DNA of 64,000 nt. It comes from an uncultured Eubacteriales bacterium (GTDB lineage: Bacteria > Bacillota_I > Bacilli_A > RF39 > UBA660). Position 1 is the first letter of the stretch. Every line of letters starts with the position of its first letter. The DNA lies in assembly GCA_963536495.1 (NCBI GenBank), contig CAUTAF010000003.1:6582-70581 (forward strand), in the 5' to 3' direction. Positions 8,511-18,441 of the stretch are shown here, in pieces. Position numbers and translations under genes: made by a program. Under the pieces are notes generated by a model. The model was not told where the DNA came from. It saw nothing but the letters and a program-made list of their open reading frames with translations, and ran no database searches.

Positions 8511-10226
8511 TTATTTTTTGCTCACTTCTATTCCAAGTTCAACAAGTTGATTATCATAAACATTACTTGGAGAAGAACTCATTAAATCAATTGCTTTTAA
8601 TGTCTTAGGAAATGCTACTACATCACGAATATTATCAGTATTTTGTAAAGTCATTAAAAGTCTTTCTATTCCTATACCAACTCCTGCATGAGGTGGTGCT
8701 CCATAATTAAATGCATCCATAAAGAAACCAAATTTTTCTTTAGCATCTGAAATAGTCATTCCAATAGCTTCAAATACTTTAGCTTGAAGTTCACTATCAT
8801 GAATTCTAACTGATCCTGAAAGTAATTCATAACCATTTAACACTAAGTCATAAGCTCTAGAATAACAATTTTCTTTATCTGTTAAAAGTTTATCGACATC
8901 TTCTTTTTTAGGTGAAGTAAATGGATGATGTGCTGATACGTATCTGTTTTCTTCTTTATTAAATTCATACATTGGAAACTCTGTAACCCATAAGAATTTA
9001 TAATCATCTTTATTAATTAAATCATGTTCATGTGCTAAATGTTTTCTTAAGAAACCTAAACTTGTTTTAACTTCTTCATATTTTCCACTAGTTATAAAGA
9101 CAATATCATTATTTTCAAGATTTAAGAATTTTCTTAATTTTTCTTTATCTTCTTCTGTTATATATTTATCAAAAGAAGTCTTAACTATATTATCTTCTAC
9201 TTTTATATTTAAAAGTCTATTATCTGTATATGTTTTAAAAATTTCAGTTAACTTATCAAAGTTTTTTCTAGAATATTTATCAGCATTATTTTTAAGTACT
9301 AAACAGTTAACTTCATCTTTTAATATTTCTATATTTACTACATTCTTTAAATCTATTATTTTCATATCGAATCTTAAATCAGGTTTATCAGATCCATAAT
9401 TTTTTATAGCATCTACATATTTCATTCTAGGAAATTCTTTTAATTCAATGTTTTTTAATTTTTTAAATATTTCTTTCATTAAATTAGATACTACTTCATA
9501 AATATCTTCTTCTTCAGCAAAGCTCATTTCAAGATCTAGTTGAGTAAATTCAGGTTGTCTATCACTTCTTAAATCTTCATCTCTAAAACATCTTGCAAGT
9601 TGAAAATATTTTTCCATTCCACCTATCATTAGTAATTGTTTATATACTTGAGGTGACTGAGGAAGAGCAAAGAATGTTCCATGATTAAGTCTAGATGGTA
9701 CTAAATAATCTCTTGCACCTTCTGGTGTTGCTTTAGAAAGTATTGGAGTTTCTACTTCGATAAAACCTAAAGAATCTAAATAATTTCTAATAATTAATTC
9801 TAATTTATGTCTAGTTATTAAGTTTTTTTGTAATTCTTCTCTTCTTAAATCTAAATATCTATATTTTAATCTCGTATCTTCATTTGATAATTCTTCATTT
9901 AATTCAAAAGGAAGAGTTAAAGATTTATTTAATATTTCTATTTCTTCTAAATCTATTTCTATATCTCCTGTTTGTAATTTAGGATTTTTACTTTCTCTTT
10001 CTTTTACTATACCTTTTACTTTAACAACATATTCTTTTTTTAAAGTTTTAACTATATCTAAACAAGGATTATTCTCTTTTATAGATACTTGAATTATTCC
10101 ACTTCTATCTCTTAAGTCAATAAATGTTATAAAACCTTGATCTCTTACTTTATTAATCCATGCATATAGTGTTACTTCTTCACCTAAGTTTTTTATACTT
10201 AAGTCAGTATTCATGATTTTTTTCAT
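8511..10226 (-). CDS. aspS: Aspartate--tRNA ligase
   Basis: 571 aa. Class II motifs FALPQSPQVYKQLLMIGGMEKYFQLARCFRDEDLRSDRQPEFTQLDLEMSF and C-terminal GAPPHAGVGIGIERL. Confidence 0.9.
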   Translation of the reverse strand: MKKIMNTDLSIKNLGEEVTLYAWINKVRDQGFITFIDLRDRSGIIQVSIKENNPCLDIVKTLKKEYVVKVKGIVKERESKNPKLQTGDIEIDLEEIEILNKSLTLPFELNEELSNEDTRLKYRYLDLRREELQKNLITRHKLELIIRNYLDSLGFIEVETPILSKATPEGARDYLVPSRLNHGTFFALPQSPQVYKQLLMIGGMEKYFQLARCFRDEDLRSDRQPEFTQLDLEMSFAEEEDIYEVVSNLMKEIFKKLKNIELKEFPRMKYVDAIKNYGSDKPDLRFDMKIIDLKNVVNIEILKDEVNCLVLKNNADKYSRKNFDKLTEIFKTYTDNRLLNIKVEDNIVKTSFDKYITEEDKEKLRKFLNLENNDIVFITSGKYEEVKTSLGFLRKHLAHEHDLINKDDYKFLWVTEFPMYEFNKEENRYVSAHHPFTSPKKEDVDKLLTDKENCYSRAYDLVLNGYELLSGSVRIHDSELQAKVFEAIGMTISDAKEKFGFFMDAFNYGAPPHAGVGIGIERLLMTLQNTDNIRDVVAFPKTLKAIDLMSSSPSNVYDNQLVELGIEVSKK

Positions 10227-10235
10227 CGTTTCTCC

Positions 10236-11459
10236 TTATTTTAAATATTCTAATATTTTATCTATTTCTACTTCTTCTTTTGTATTATTTAAATTATCTT
10301 TAATTTCTATCTTTTTTTCTTTTAGTTTTTCATCATTAATAAATATTAAATATCTACTATTTAAATTATCAGCTTTTTTAAATTGTGATTTTAAAGATTT
10401 ATTTTCTGTATCAAAATCAGCTTTCTTATTATTACTTCTTAAATATCTAACTAGTTTTAATGCTTCTTTTCTTTCAGTTTCAGATATTGCTAAAACATAT
10501 ATTAAATCTTGTTTTTCATCTGGTAAATTAATTAAACTTAAGAATCTTTCCATACCTATAGCAAAACCAAATGCACAAGTATCATCTCCTCCTAATTCTT
10601 TAACTAATCTATTATATCTTCCACCACCACATATAGTAGAGTTATCTACTTCTATTTCAAATACTAATTCATCATAATAATCAAGTCCTCTTACTAAATT
10701 ATCATCTATTTCATAATTAATATTTAATTCTTTTAGATATTCTTCTATTCTTTTAAAATATTCTTTTGATTGATCACTTAAATAATCTCTAATCTTAGGA
10801 GCATCTTTAAAGAAATCTTTTTCTCTATCTATCTTACAATCAAGTATTCTAAGAGGGTTAGTATTAAGTCTTCTTTGACAATCACTACATAGATTTTCTT
10901 TATAGTTATTAAAGTGTTCTACTAATATAGTTTTATATCTTGCTCTTGTTTCTTTATCTCCTAAAGAATTAATCTTTAATTTAATATTTTTTAAACCAAG
11001 TCTATTAAATACTTCTATTACAGAAGATATTACTTCCATATCTATTAATGGATTAGATTCTCCTAAAACTTCTATACCAAACTGAGTAAATTCTCTATAT
11101 CTTCCCTTTTGAGGTCTTTCATATCTATACATTGGTTCTATATAATAAAACTTAACTGGTTTAACTAAGTTATTAGTCATTTTATTTTCTATATAACTTC
11201 TAACTACTCCTGCTGTACCTTCTGGTCTTAAAGTTAAACTTCTATCAGATTTATCTTTAAACTCATACATTTCTTTACTAACTATATCAGTTTCTTCTCC
11301 AACTCCTCTTCTAAAAAGTTCACTATTTTCAAATACTGGAGTTCTAATATAATTAATATTATATAACTGCATTACTTCTTTTATTACTTTTTCTGCTAAA
11401 CTAAATTTTTTAGCATCTTCTCCATATAAATCATAACAACCTTTTGCTTTTGTAATCAT
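10236..11459 (-). CDS. hisS: Histidine--tRNA ligase
   Basis: 407 aa. MITKAKGCYDLYGEDAKKF N-terminus, class II motifs, and a C-terminal anticodon-binding domain. Lies upstream of aspS as in the Bacillus hisS-aspS operon. Confidence 0.9.
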   Translation of the reverse strand: MITKAKGCYDLYGEDAKKFSLAEKVIKEVMQLYNINYIRTPVFENSELFRRGVGEETDIVSKEMYEFKDKSDRSLTLRPEGTAGVVRSYIENKMTNNLVKPVKFYYIEPMYRYERPQKGRYREFTQFGIEVLGESNPLIDMEVISSVIEVFNRLGLKNIKLKINSLGDKETRARYKTILVEHFNNYKENLCSDCQRRLNTNPLRILDCKIDREKDFFKDAPKIRDYLSDQSKEYFKRIEEYLKELNINYEIDDNLVRGLDYYDELVFEIEVDNSTICGGGRYNRLVKELGGDDTCAFGFAIGMERFLSLINLPDEKQDLIYVLAISETERKEALKLVRYLRSNNKKADFDTENKSLKSQFKKADNLNSRYLIFINDEKLKEKKIEIKDNLNNTKEEVEIDKILEYLK

Positions 11460-11700
11460 TTTCTCTCCTTAACAAAAAAAGATAGCACCTTATAAGGGCG
11501 AAATGCCGCGGTACCACCTTACTTTTTTCTCTTATAATTATCGCTTATCACGCTTCTTATTTTTCTAGATGTCTTCGTAAATAATTTCATTAATGTTTTC
11601 ACCAACCACATTATCTCTAAAAAGACTTTATTTACTACTATTTCTATAAGAAGATTTATTTTATTATATATTTTTTACTTGTAATTATCAAGTGTGTATT
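11460..11700 (-). promoter_or_regulatory. T-box leader of the hisS-aspS operon
   Basis: Minus-strand RNA contains AGAGAUAAUGUGGUUGGUGAAAAC (stem I) and the canonical T-box AAGGUGGUACCGCGG (revcomp of 11506-11520). A terminator-like hairpin and U7 follow, 12 nt before the RBS and ATG. Confidence 0.85.
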
Positions 11701-12109
11701 TCATAAGTTCTAGTCTTCTTGCTTCTTCTGGATTATCAAATTTAAATCTTTCAAATCCCCCATTATAACTAGCTACTTTTTCATAAAGATTCTTATATTC
11801 TATCTCTAAATACTTTTTATCACTCATCTTAAAGATACTAATCATATCTTTATCATTTTTTGTAAGAGATGCTTCTGTTGGATTTATTTTTTGAAAAATT
11901 TTATAATATGCTTCTTTATATTTTTGTGGATATTTTAGCTTTAATATACTAAGCTTTTTTAATACTTCTTCGTTAGATAAATTAGAACTATCATAATTAA
12001 GAGCTATATATAAAATTTTTCTTGCAAGTAATGCTTTTTCATTTTTCTTTTCTTCTAATTTTTCTTGTAATTCATTATAAAGACTTATATCTATTTGTTT
12101 TTCTTCCAT
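11675..12109 (-). CDS. Hypothetical protein (144 aa)
   Basis: ORF only. Its 3' end overlaps the start of the predicted T-box leader. Confidence 0.4.
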   Translation of the reverse strand: MEEKQIDISLYNELQEKLEEKKNEKALLARKILYIALNYDSSNLSNEEVLKKLSILKLKYPQKYKEAYYKIFQKINPTEASLTKNDKDMISIFKMSDKKYLEIEYKNLYEKVASYNGGFERFKFDNPEEARRLELMKYTLDNYK

Positions 12110-12191
12110 AAATACCTACCTATATTATTATTTTACAATATATTAAGTATTTATATATTAACAAGAATCAATATTATAAATATTATGTAAA

Positions 12192-12716
12192 TTACCATTC
12201 AGTATGATTAAAATAATAATTGTTTTTGATTTCATAAGCTAAGTTAGTTATTTCATCATGTCCTGGATATATAGTTATATCTTTTGGAAATGTCTTTATA
12301 TATTCAATAGATTTTTTCATATCTTCTACATTTCCACCTAAATCACATCTTCCAATATCATCTTTAAACAAAAAATCTCCACTAAATAATACTTTTTCTT
12401 TTTCAAAATAAATACTTATAGAATCATCTGTGTGACCTTTAGTAATAAGTCTTTTAAATTTAAAATTCCCAATACTATTATCATCTTCTAAATTACTATA
12501 ATCATATATATTATATTTATCTTTAAAATCAGGAAGTGCTCCTACATGATCAAAATGATGATGGGTAATTATTACTCCAACTATTTTCTTATTATCAGTA
12601 TTTTTAATTATTTCTTCATAATTATCAGCTGGATCAATTATTAATACTTCATCATTATTTTCTAATATATAACAATTAGTCTGCATAATTCCTAATACTA
12701 ATACTTTTATTTTCAT
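12192..12716 (-). CDS. MBL-fold metallo-hydrolase (glyoxalase II-like)
   Basis: HHHFDHVG metal-binding motif. 174 aa. Confidence 0.7.
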   Translation of the reverse strand: MKIKVLVLGIMQTNCYILENNDEVLIIDPADNYEEIIKNTDNKKIVGVIITHHHFDHVGALPDFKDKYNIYDYSNLEDDNSIGNFKFKRLITKGHTDDSISIYFEKEKVLFSGDFLFKDDIGRCDLGGNVEDMKKSIEYIKTFPKDITIYPGHDEITNLAYEIKNNYYFNHTEW

Positions 12717-12748
12717 AATATTCTCCTAATAAAAAAATGCTAATTTAA

Positions 12749-12946
12749 TTATTTAGCATCTTTAGTGTTTTCTTCTTTTTTGATTACTTGTTTACCTTTA
12801 TACATTCCACAATTTGGGCATGCTCTATGAGCTTTAATTGCTGTCTTACAATTTGGACATGTAAATACATTAACTGCTTCTAATGCATTATGAGATCTTC
12901 TCATTCTTTTTCTAGTTTTTGATACTTTTCTAAATGGTACAGCCAT
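12749..12946 (-). CDS. rpmF: 50S ribosomal protein bL32 (zinc-ribbon form)
   Basis: MAVPFRKVSKTRKRMRRSH... with CPNC...CPNC. Confidence 0.9.
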   Translation of the reverse strand: MAVPFRKVSKTRKRMRRSHNALEAVNVFTCPNCKTAIKAHRACPNCGMYKGKQVIKKEENTKDAK

Positions 12947-13087
12947 GATACACTTCCTTTCTTTAGTTTTAAAATAATATTTAAAATTTAATACACTAAT
13001 ATATTACACATTTCTACTCTTGATGTCAAACAATTTAATATTTGCTTAATTTTTTTTATCATATTAAAATATCTAAAAAGAGGTTTT

Positions 13088-14158
13088 ATGAAAAAAGTAG
13101 GTTTAATAGTTGAATATAATCCATTACATAATGGACATTTAATACATATAGAAAATGCTAAAAAATTAGATAAAGATACTTTGTTAATAGCTATAGTAAG
13201 TGGAAACTACACACAAAGAGGAGAAATATCTATTTTATCAAAATGGGAAAAAGCTGCTCTTGCTCTAAATCACGGTATAGATATAGTTATAGAACTTCCT
13301 CTACCATTTTCTATAATGTCTTCTGATTACTTTAGTTACGCAGCTATTACTACACTAAACAAATTAAATGTTGATACTATAATTTTTGGTAGTGAAACTA
13401 AAAATATCAAAGATTTAGAATATATAGCAGATAAATTAATTAACGAAGATAATGAACTTTTTAAAAAGAATTTAAAACTAGGTTTTGATACAAAAAAAAT
13501 AATAAACAAACTACTAAATAAAGAACACATTTTACCTAACGATACACTTGCGATATCATATATTAAAACTATTAAAGAAAATAATTTTAATATAGAATAT
13601 ATAACTTATAAAAGAGATAATGACTATTTAAAAAGTGCATCTAATATAAGAAATAATTTAAATAATGATAGTTTAAAAGATTTAGTACCTAGTGATACTA
13701 AAAATATTTTAAAATATAAAAAAGAAGTTAATTACTTCAATTATCTAAAATATAAAATACTAAGTGAAAAAGAGAGTATTAAAGATTATTTATTAGTAGA
13801 TGAAGGTATAGAAAATAAAATACTAAAAGAAATTGATAAAGCAGATTCTTTAGATGATTTAATAGAAAAATTAATATCTAAAAGATATTCTAAAAACAAA
13901 ATTAAAAGAACTTTATTATGTATATTACTATCTATAAAAAAAGAAGATAAAGTATTACCTAATTACATAAGAGTATTAGGTTTTAATAAAAAAGGTCAAA
14001 AATATTTAAAGACTTTAAAAGATGTAAATATTATTACTAATATTAAAAATAATAAAGATTTTGAACTTGAAATATCAACTGATAAACTATACTGTTTTTT
14101 TAATAATATAGATATTAATTCTTATTTAAATAAACCAATAATAAAAAGCAATGATTAA
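13088..14158 (+). CDS. tmcAL: tRNA(Met) cytidine acetate ligase-like nucleotidyltransferase (YlbM/UPF0348 family)
   Basis: N-terminal GLIVEYNPLHNGHLIHI (HxGH nucleotidyltransferase motif). 356 aa. Divergent from rpmF, as in the Bacillus ylbM-ylbN-rpmF neighbourhood. Confidence 0.6.
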   Translation: MKKVGLIVEYNPLHNGHLIHIENAKKLDKDTLLIAIVSGNYTQRGEISILSKWEKAALALNHGIDIVIELPLPFSIMSSDYFSYAAITTLNKLNVDTIIFGSETKNIKDLEYIADKLINEDNELFKKNLKLGFDTKKIINKLLNKEHILPNDTLAISYIKTIKENNFNIEYITYKRDNDYLKSASNIRNNLNNDSLKDLVPSDTKNILKYKKEVNYFNYLKYKILSEKESIKDYLLVDEGIENKILKEIDKADSLDDLIEKLISKRYSKNKIKRTLLCILLSIKKEDKVLPNYIRVLGFNKKGQKYLKTLKDVNIITNIKNNKDFELEISTDKLYCFFNNIDINSYLNKPIIKSND

Positions 14159-14180
14159 ATCTTTCATTGCTTTTTATTAT

Positions 14181-14765
14181 TTACATTTTATTATTTTTAA
14201 ACCATTCTGCAAAATCATACTTAGCAGTACCCCAAAATTTTGCTTCATAATCTCTATCTTTTTCTCTTAACTCACTTAATGTTTCAGTTTCACCATCTGG
14301 AATATAAAATTTATCATGCCATCTTCCTAGATTACCTCTTGCAGTTTTAGCTACCAAACCAGATCCACCTCCAGTAAATACAATTGGTTCTTCACCTGGT
14401 TCACAATATGCAAAGCAATCTTCTAATCTTGCTTTTCTATTAGTTTCGTTTTGAAAAAGTTCTAAAAATTTATCAACTCCAATTTGTTTATCAAAATAAG
14501 CATTATATGGGCCAGGAAGACCTCCTAGTGCATCTATGTATAAACCAGAATCAGATTTAATACAAGGTCTACCTAATTTTTCACAAGCATATTTCACACT
14601 AAATTTAACTACTTCTTCACAACTTTTTGCTTGTATTTCAATAATCTCAAAATCAGGATTTTTAATTTCAATATCAAATCCATACATATCTTTAAAAATA
14701 TGTTGTGCTTCCTCAAATTTCCCTTTATTTCCAGTTAAATATATTGGCTTTTTTATATTTTCCAT
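14181..14765 (-). CDS. rdgB: Non-canonical purine NTP pyrophosphatase (Ham1/RdgB family)
   Basis: N-terminal IYLTGNKGKFEEAQ. 194 aa. Confidence 0.65.
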   Translation of the reverse strand: MENIKKPIYLTGNKGKFEEAQHIFKDMYGFDIEIKNPDFEIIEIQAKSCEEVVKFSVKYACEKLGRPCIKSDSGLYIDALGGLPGPYNAYFDKQIGVDKFLELFQNETNRKARLEDCFAYCEPGEEPIVFTGGGSGLVAKTARGNLGRWHDKFYIPDGETETLSELREKDRDYEAKFWGTAKYDFAEWFKNNKM

Positions 14766-14786
14766 TTTCTTATCCTTATTTCTATA

Positions 14787-15446
14787 TTAATTATTTTTTA
14801 TAAATTCAAAATTATTAAAAATACTACTCATATCTTCTTTATCAATATATGAAAACTTCATATATTCTTTAGTAACAGGATGAATAAACTCTAAACTATA
14901 ACACATTAATGCTATTCCACCTTTTGCTTTATTGCCATATCTATAATCTCCATAAAGCGGATGATTACGAGAAGAAAATTGTAATCTTATTTGATGATGT
15001 CTTCCTGTTAATAAATTAATTTTAACTAAAGCATAATTTTGATACTTTTCCAAAACTTGATACTCTAGTTTAGAATATTTACCATTTTTATCTATTACAC
15101 TATTAACATCTTTTTTTAAAATATAATCTATAAATGTATCACTTTCTTTTAAACCATTATCATATACTACTGCTAGATAAGTTTTATTTATTCTATTATT
15201 TTGTATATCTTTACTTAGTCTTTCTGCAGCTTTAGATGTCTTAGCAAGTAACATAATACCACCAACTACTCTATCTAACCTATGTAAAAGACCAAGATAT
15301 ACATTACCTGGTTTATTATACTTAAGTTTTAAATAACTTTTAACTTCTTCTACTAAAGAATCATCGTTAGTATAATCTTTTTGGCTTAACATATTTCTTG
15401 GTTTATACACTATAATTATATGATTATCTTCATAACATATTTTCAT
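14787..15446 (-). CDS. RluA-family pseudouridine synthase
   Basis: HRLDRVVGGIMLLAKT catalytic-Asp motif. 219 aa. Confidence 0.7.
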   Translation of the reverse strand: MKICYEDNHIIIVYKPRNMLSQKDYTNDDSLVEEVKSYLKLKYNKPGNVYLGLLHRLDRVVGGIMLLAKTSKAAERLSKDIQNNRINKTYLAVVYDNGLKESDTFIDYILKKDVNSVIDKNGKYSKLEYQVLEKYQNYALVKINLLTGRHHQIRLQFSSRNHPLYGDYRYGNKAKGGIALMCYSLEFIHPVTKEYMKFSYIDKEDMSSIFNNFEFIKNN

Positions 15447-15447
15447 A

Positions 15448-15831
15448 TTATTTATTTTTCTTCTTTAGTAAATCTCTGATTTCTTCTAAAGTTTTTAATT
15501 CATCAGATTTTACTGGTTTTTCTTCTTTCTTATCATCATCTTGTTTTTTCATAATTTTATTAATTACTTTAACCATTAAGAAAATACAAAATGCTACGAT
15601 TAAGAAATCTACAATATTTTGAATAAAAATACCATATTTAACTGTTGATGAACCTATTTTAATTGTTAAATCAGTAAAATTAATTTTACCTAATACTATA
15701 CCTAAAAGAGGCATTAAAATATCATTTACTAAAGATGTTACAATTTTACTAAAAGCTCCTCCAACTATAACCCCAACAGCTAAATCCATTACGTTTCCTC
15801 TCATAATAAACGTTTTAAATTCTTTAAACAT
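15448..15831 (-). CDS. mscL: Large-conductance mechanosensitive channel
   Basis: [27 protein letters not shown]. 127 aa. Confidence 0.9.
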   Translation of the reverse strand: MFKEFKTFIMRGNVMDLAVGVIVGGAFSKIVTSLVNDILMPLLGIVLGKINFTDLTIKIGSSTVKYGIFIQNIVDFLIVAFCIFLMVKVINKIMKKQDDDKKEEKPVKSDELKTLEEIRDLLKKKNK

Positions 15832-15853
15832 ATCTATTTCTCCTTTCTATTTA

Positions 15854-16840
15854 TTATAACCATACTCCATAATAAATTCCAGCCATAGATAGAATAAAAC
15901 CTATTACTAAGAATAATTTAACTATATCAGGTTCCATCCATCCTTTTTTTTCTAAATTATGATGAAGTGGTGTCATTAAAAATAATTTTCTTTTGAAAAA
16001 ATAAACCCAAAAGTTTTGTAAAATAACACTTATTGTTTCTACAACAAATACTCCTGCAACTACAAGTAAAGTTATCTCTTTATGAGTAAGTATTGCTATC
16101 ATTCCCATAACAGCTCCTATACTCAAACTTCCAACATCTCCCATAAATATTTTAGCAGGATATACATTAAATACTAAAAATCCTAGTATTGATCCAAATA
16201 ATAACATAATAAAGAATGCTAACTCTATTTTACCTACTACCATAGAAATAAGTCCAAATGCTATAAAAGCTACGATAGATAGCGATGCTGCAAGACCATC
16301 AAGTCCATCTGTAAGATTTACAGCATTAGATGAACCAACTAAGATAAGTAAAATAAATGGACCATATAACCATCCTAAATCTATTTTTATTCCAAGTGTA
16401 GATATATGAAACAATGTAGATCCACCTGCTTGCAAATACAAGAAAAATAATATAAGACCAACAATAAATTGTAATGTAAATTTAGATATAGTTGTTAAAC
16501 CTTCATTATCTTTTTTCTTTAGAGATAAATAATCATCTATTCCTCCTATTAAAGCATAAGAAATAAATGTAATTAAGATTATTATTAAATCACTAGTTAA
16601 TTTAATCTTACCAATAGCTACTAAAGAAACAGTAATTAAAACTGTAGGTATTATAAATATTAATCCTCCCATAGTAGGTATACCTTGTTTTTTAGAATGT
16701 TCTTTTGATAAATAACTACTAATATTTTGACCCATTTTTTTATTTTTTAATATAGGTATTAAAATAAATGCTAAACCTATAGAGAATAAAAAACTAGCCA
16801 TTATTAAAAGAACAGCTTTTGTTATTAATAAAATTCCCAT
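15854..16840 (-). CDS. mraY: Phospho-N-acetylmuramoyl-pentapeptide transferase
   Basis: HSKKQGIPTMGG, NAVNLTDGLDGLA and PLHHNLEKKGW motifs. Ten-TM profile. 328 aa. Confidence 0.8.
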   Translation of the reverse strand: MGILLITKAVLLIMASFLFSIGLAFILIPILKNKKMGQNISSYLSKEHSKKQGIPTMGGLIFIIPTVLITVSLVAIGKIKLTSDLIIILITFISYALIGGIDDYLSLKKKDNEGLTTISKFTLQFIVGLILFFLYLQAGGSTLFHISTLGIKIDLGWLYGPFILLILVGSSNAVNLTDGLDGLAASLSIVAFIAFGLISMVVGKIELAFFIMLLFGSILGFLVFNVYPAKIFMGDVGSLSIGAVMGMIAILTHKEITLLVVAGVFVVETISVILQNFWVYFFKRKLFLMTPLHHNLEKKGWMEPDIVKLFLVIGFILSMAGIYYGVWL

Positions 16841-16852
16841 ATTTCCTCTTTT

Positions 16853-17362
16853 CTAATTTACTTTATAATTATATACTTCTTTTTGATTATAAAATTTTAT
16901 AATATTTTTTGCAAAATCTAATACTTTAAATTCTGCTTCTTTACATATAGATAAATCTTCTTTACATTCGTACTTTAGTGTTTTTAAATTATAAGATCCT
17001 GCTACTTGTATTTCACCTTTTTCTTTATCTAAAGTATAAGTAAATTCAATATTATTATCAGTTGCATTAATAGATAAATTTTTAATAATATTCTTATCTA
17101 CTCTTTCTATACTTAAAAATGAATATATCTTATTTTCTATATTAAAACTATAAGATTTATAACTATCTATTTTATTATTATAAAATTCATCTAATGATCC
17201 TTCAGTCTTTTGATAAAAGTTTTCTTCTTCAATATATGAATTTGTTTTTAAATAATTTATTAAATTTTCTTTATGATTAATAAAATATTCTTGTTTTATT
17301 AAGAAAAGTAAAACCATTACTAAAACTAATAAAATCATTATAAATATCTTTTTATTCTTCAT
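16853..17362 (-). CDS. Membrane-anchored hypothetical protein. The start was moved from the track's 17446 to the internal Met at 17362.
   Basis: MKNKKIFIMILLVLVMVLLFL signal/TM begins 1 nt after the stop of the upstream gene. The track's 83-nt overlap with that gene is implausible. Confidence 0.45.
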   Translation of the reverse strand: MKNKKIFIMILLVLVMVLLFLIKQEYFINHKENLINYLKTNSYIEEENFYQKTEGSLDEFYNNKIDSYKSYSFNIENKIYSFLSIERVDKNIIKNLSINATDNNIEFTYTLDKEKGEIQVAGSYNLKTLKYECKEDLSICKEAEFKVLDFAKNIIKFYNQKEVYNYKVN

Positions 17363-17363
17363 A

Positions 17364-18383
17364 TTATCTTCCCGTAACTTCTTTTGCTTTTTTAGCCATT
17401 GTCGTTCCAATTTTAGTAATATTATTAACCCAGTGATCTTTTCCATCAGTTAAATATTTTTGAGATATCCCTCTTAATCCTTTACCATTATAAAATTTAC
17501 CACCAGGAGTTAAATAATTAGTTTTTAATTTAGAAGCTTGTTTATCTATAAATTCTTCTTTACTATTATATCCACTAAAACCACCTTCATGATTAGATAC
17601 AGAACAAGGTCTACTACCTTTACCACGATAACCTCCTAAATTATTACAAAGTCTTGCAAGTTTTTCACTAGCCCATCCTGATTCATGAGCATCAATTGAC
17701 ATAATACCAATCGCATTTACTCCATAATCTTTTTCAGCTTTAATAAAAGCTGGAGCTAAAGGAATAAAATTTTTAACTCTAGGATCTCTTCCTTCCGCAT
17801 ATTTAGTTATAGTTAAAGTAAGTTCTGATACTGTTAAATTACTAGCTTTAGTTAAATCTTCCGGATCAAAAGTAGCTGCTTCAGTACAACTACCTGCACC
17901 ACATAAATTAGGATCTACATTAGAAGAGTTATTTTGTTGATTTTTCTTTTCTGCTTCTTCTCTTATCTTAAGATTATTTTCTCTTTCTAAATTTTTTTTA
18001 TCTCTTTCTTCTTCTATTTTTTTATTTTCTATTTCTTTTAAATTTTGTTCTTGTATTTTTAAAGATTCAACTTTTTCCATAGATGCATTATTATAACAAC
18101 TTAAAAATGTATTATTAGAATTAGTTGTATTATCTAAAATACTAATTACTAAACTTATTATTGTAGGTACTACAAATAATAGCACTGCATAAAAAATTCT
18201 TTTACCTATTACACTTATCGTCTTTGTCATTAAATTACTATCATTAGTTATTAATGCTTTTATTAAATCAAAAACAATGAAAAATATTAAAAGTATAGGT
18301 AAAGCAATTTGAATAAGTTGCATTAAATATTTAATTAATACTATAACTGATAAAAAAGAATAACTTTCACAAATATTTTCCAT
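17364..18383 (-). CDS. Membrane-anchored peptidoglycan hydrolase with a glucosaminidase (FlgJ-like) domain
   Basis: Two N-terminal TM helices, a K/E-rich coiled coil, then NAIGIMSIDAHESGWASEKLARLCNNLGGYRGKGS. This resembles the mannosyl-glycoprotein endo-beta-N-acetylglucosaminidase fold. Confidence 0.55.
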   Translation of the reverse strand: MENICESYSFLSVIVLIKYLMQLIQIALPILLIFFIVFDLIKALITNDSNLMTKTISVIGKRIFYAVLLFVVPTIISLVISILDNTTNSNNTFLSCYNNASMEKVESLKIQEQNLKEIENKKIEEERDKKNLERENNLKIREEAEKKNQQNNSSNVDPNLCGAGSCTEAATFDPEDLTKASNLTVSELTLTITKYAEGRDPRVKNFIPLAPAFIKAEKDYGVNAIGIMSIDAHESGWASEKLARLCNNLGGYRGKGSRPCSVSNHEGGFSGYNSKEEFIDKQASKLKTNYLTPGGKFYNGKGLRGISQKYLTDGKDHWVNNITKIGTTMAKKAKEVTGR

Positions 18384-18441
18384 AAAAACCTCTATAACTA
18401 GTATATCATTATTTTAAAGCTAAAGAAAAGATGATATTAAA

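Noticed and set aside
10213-10677. 154-aa plus-strand ORF spanning the aspS/hisS junction
   Set aside because: It is antisense to two synthetase genes, and S/F/L-rich low complexity.
13336-13530. 64-aa minus-strand ORF inside tmcAL
   Set aside because: It is an antisense shadow ORF.
14536-14790. 84-aa plus-strand ORF inside rdgB
   Set aside because: It is an antisense shadow ORF.
17363-17446. N-terminal 28 codons of the 197-aa ORF overlapping the glucosaminidase gene
   Set aside because: An 83-nt out-of-frame overlap is implausible. The internal Met at 17362 begins a signal/TM sequence and is stop-coupled to the upstream gene.
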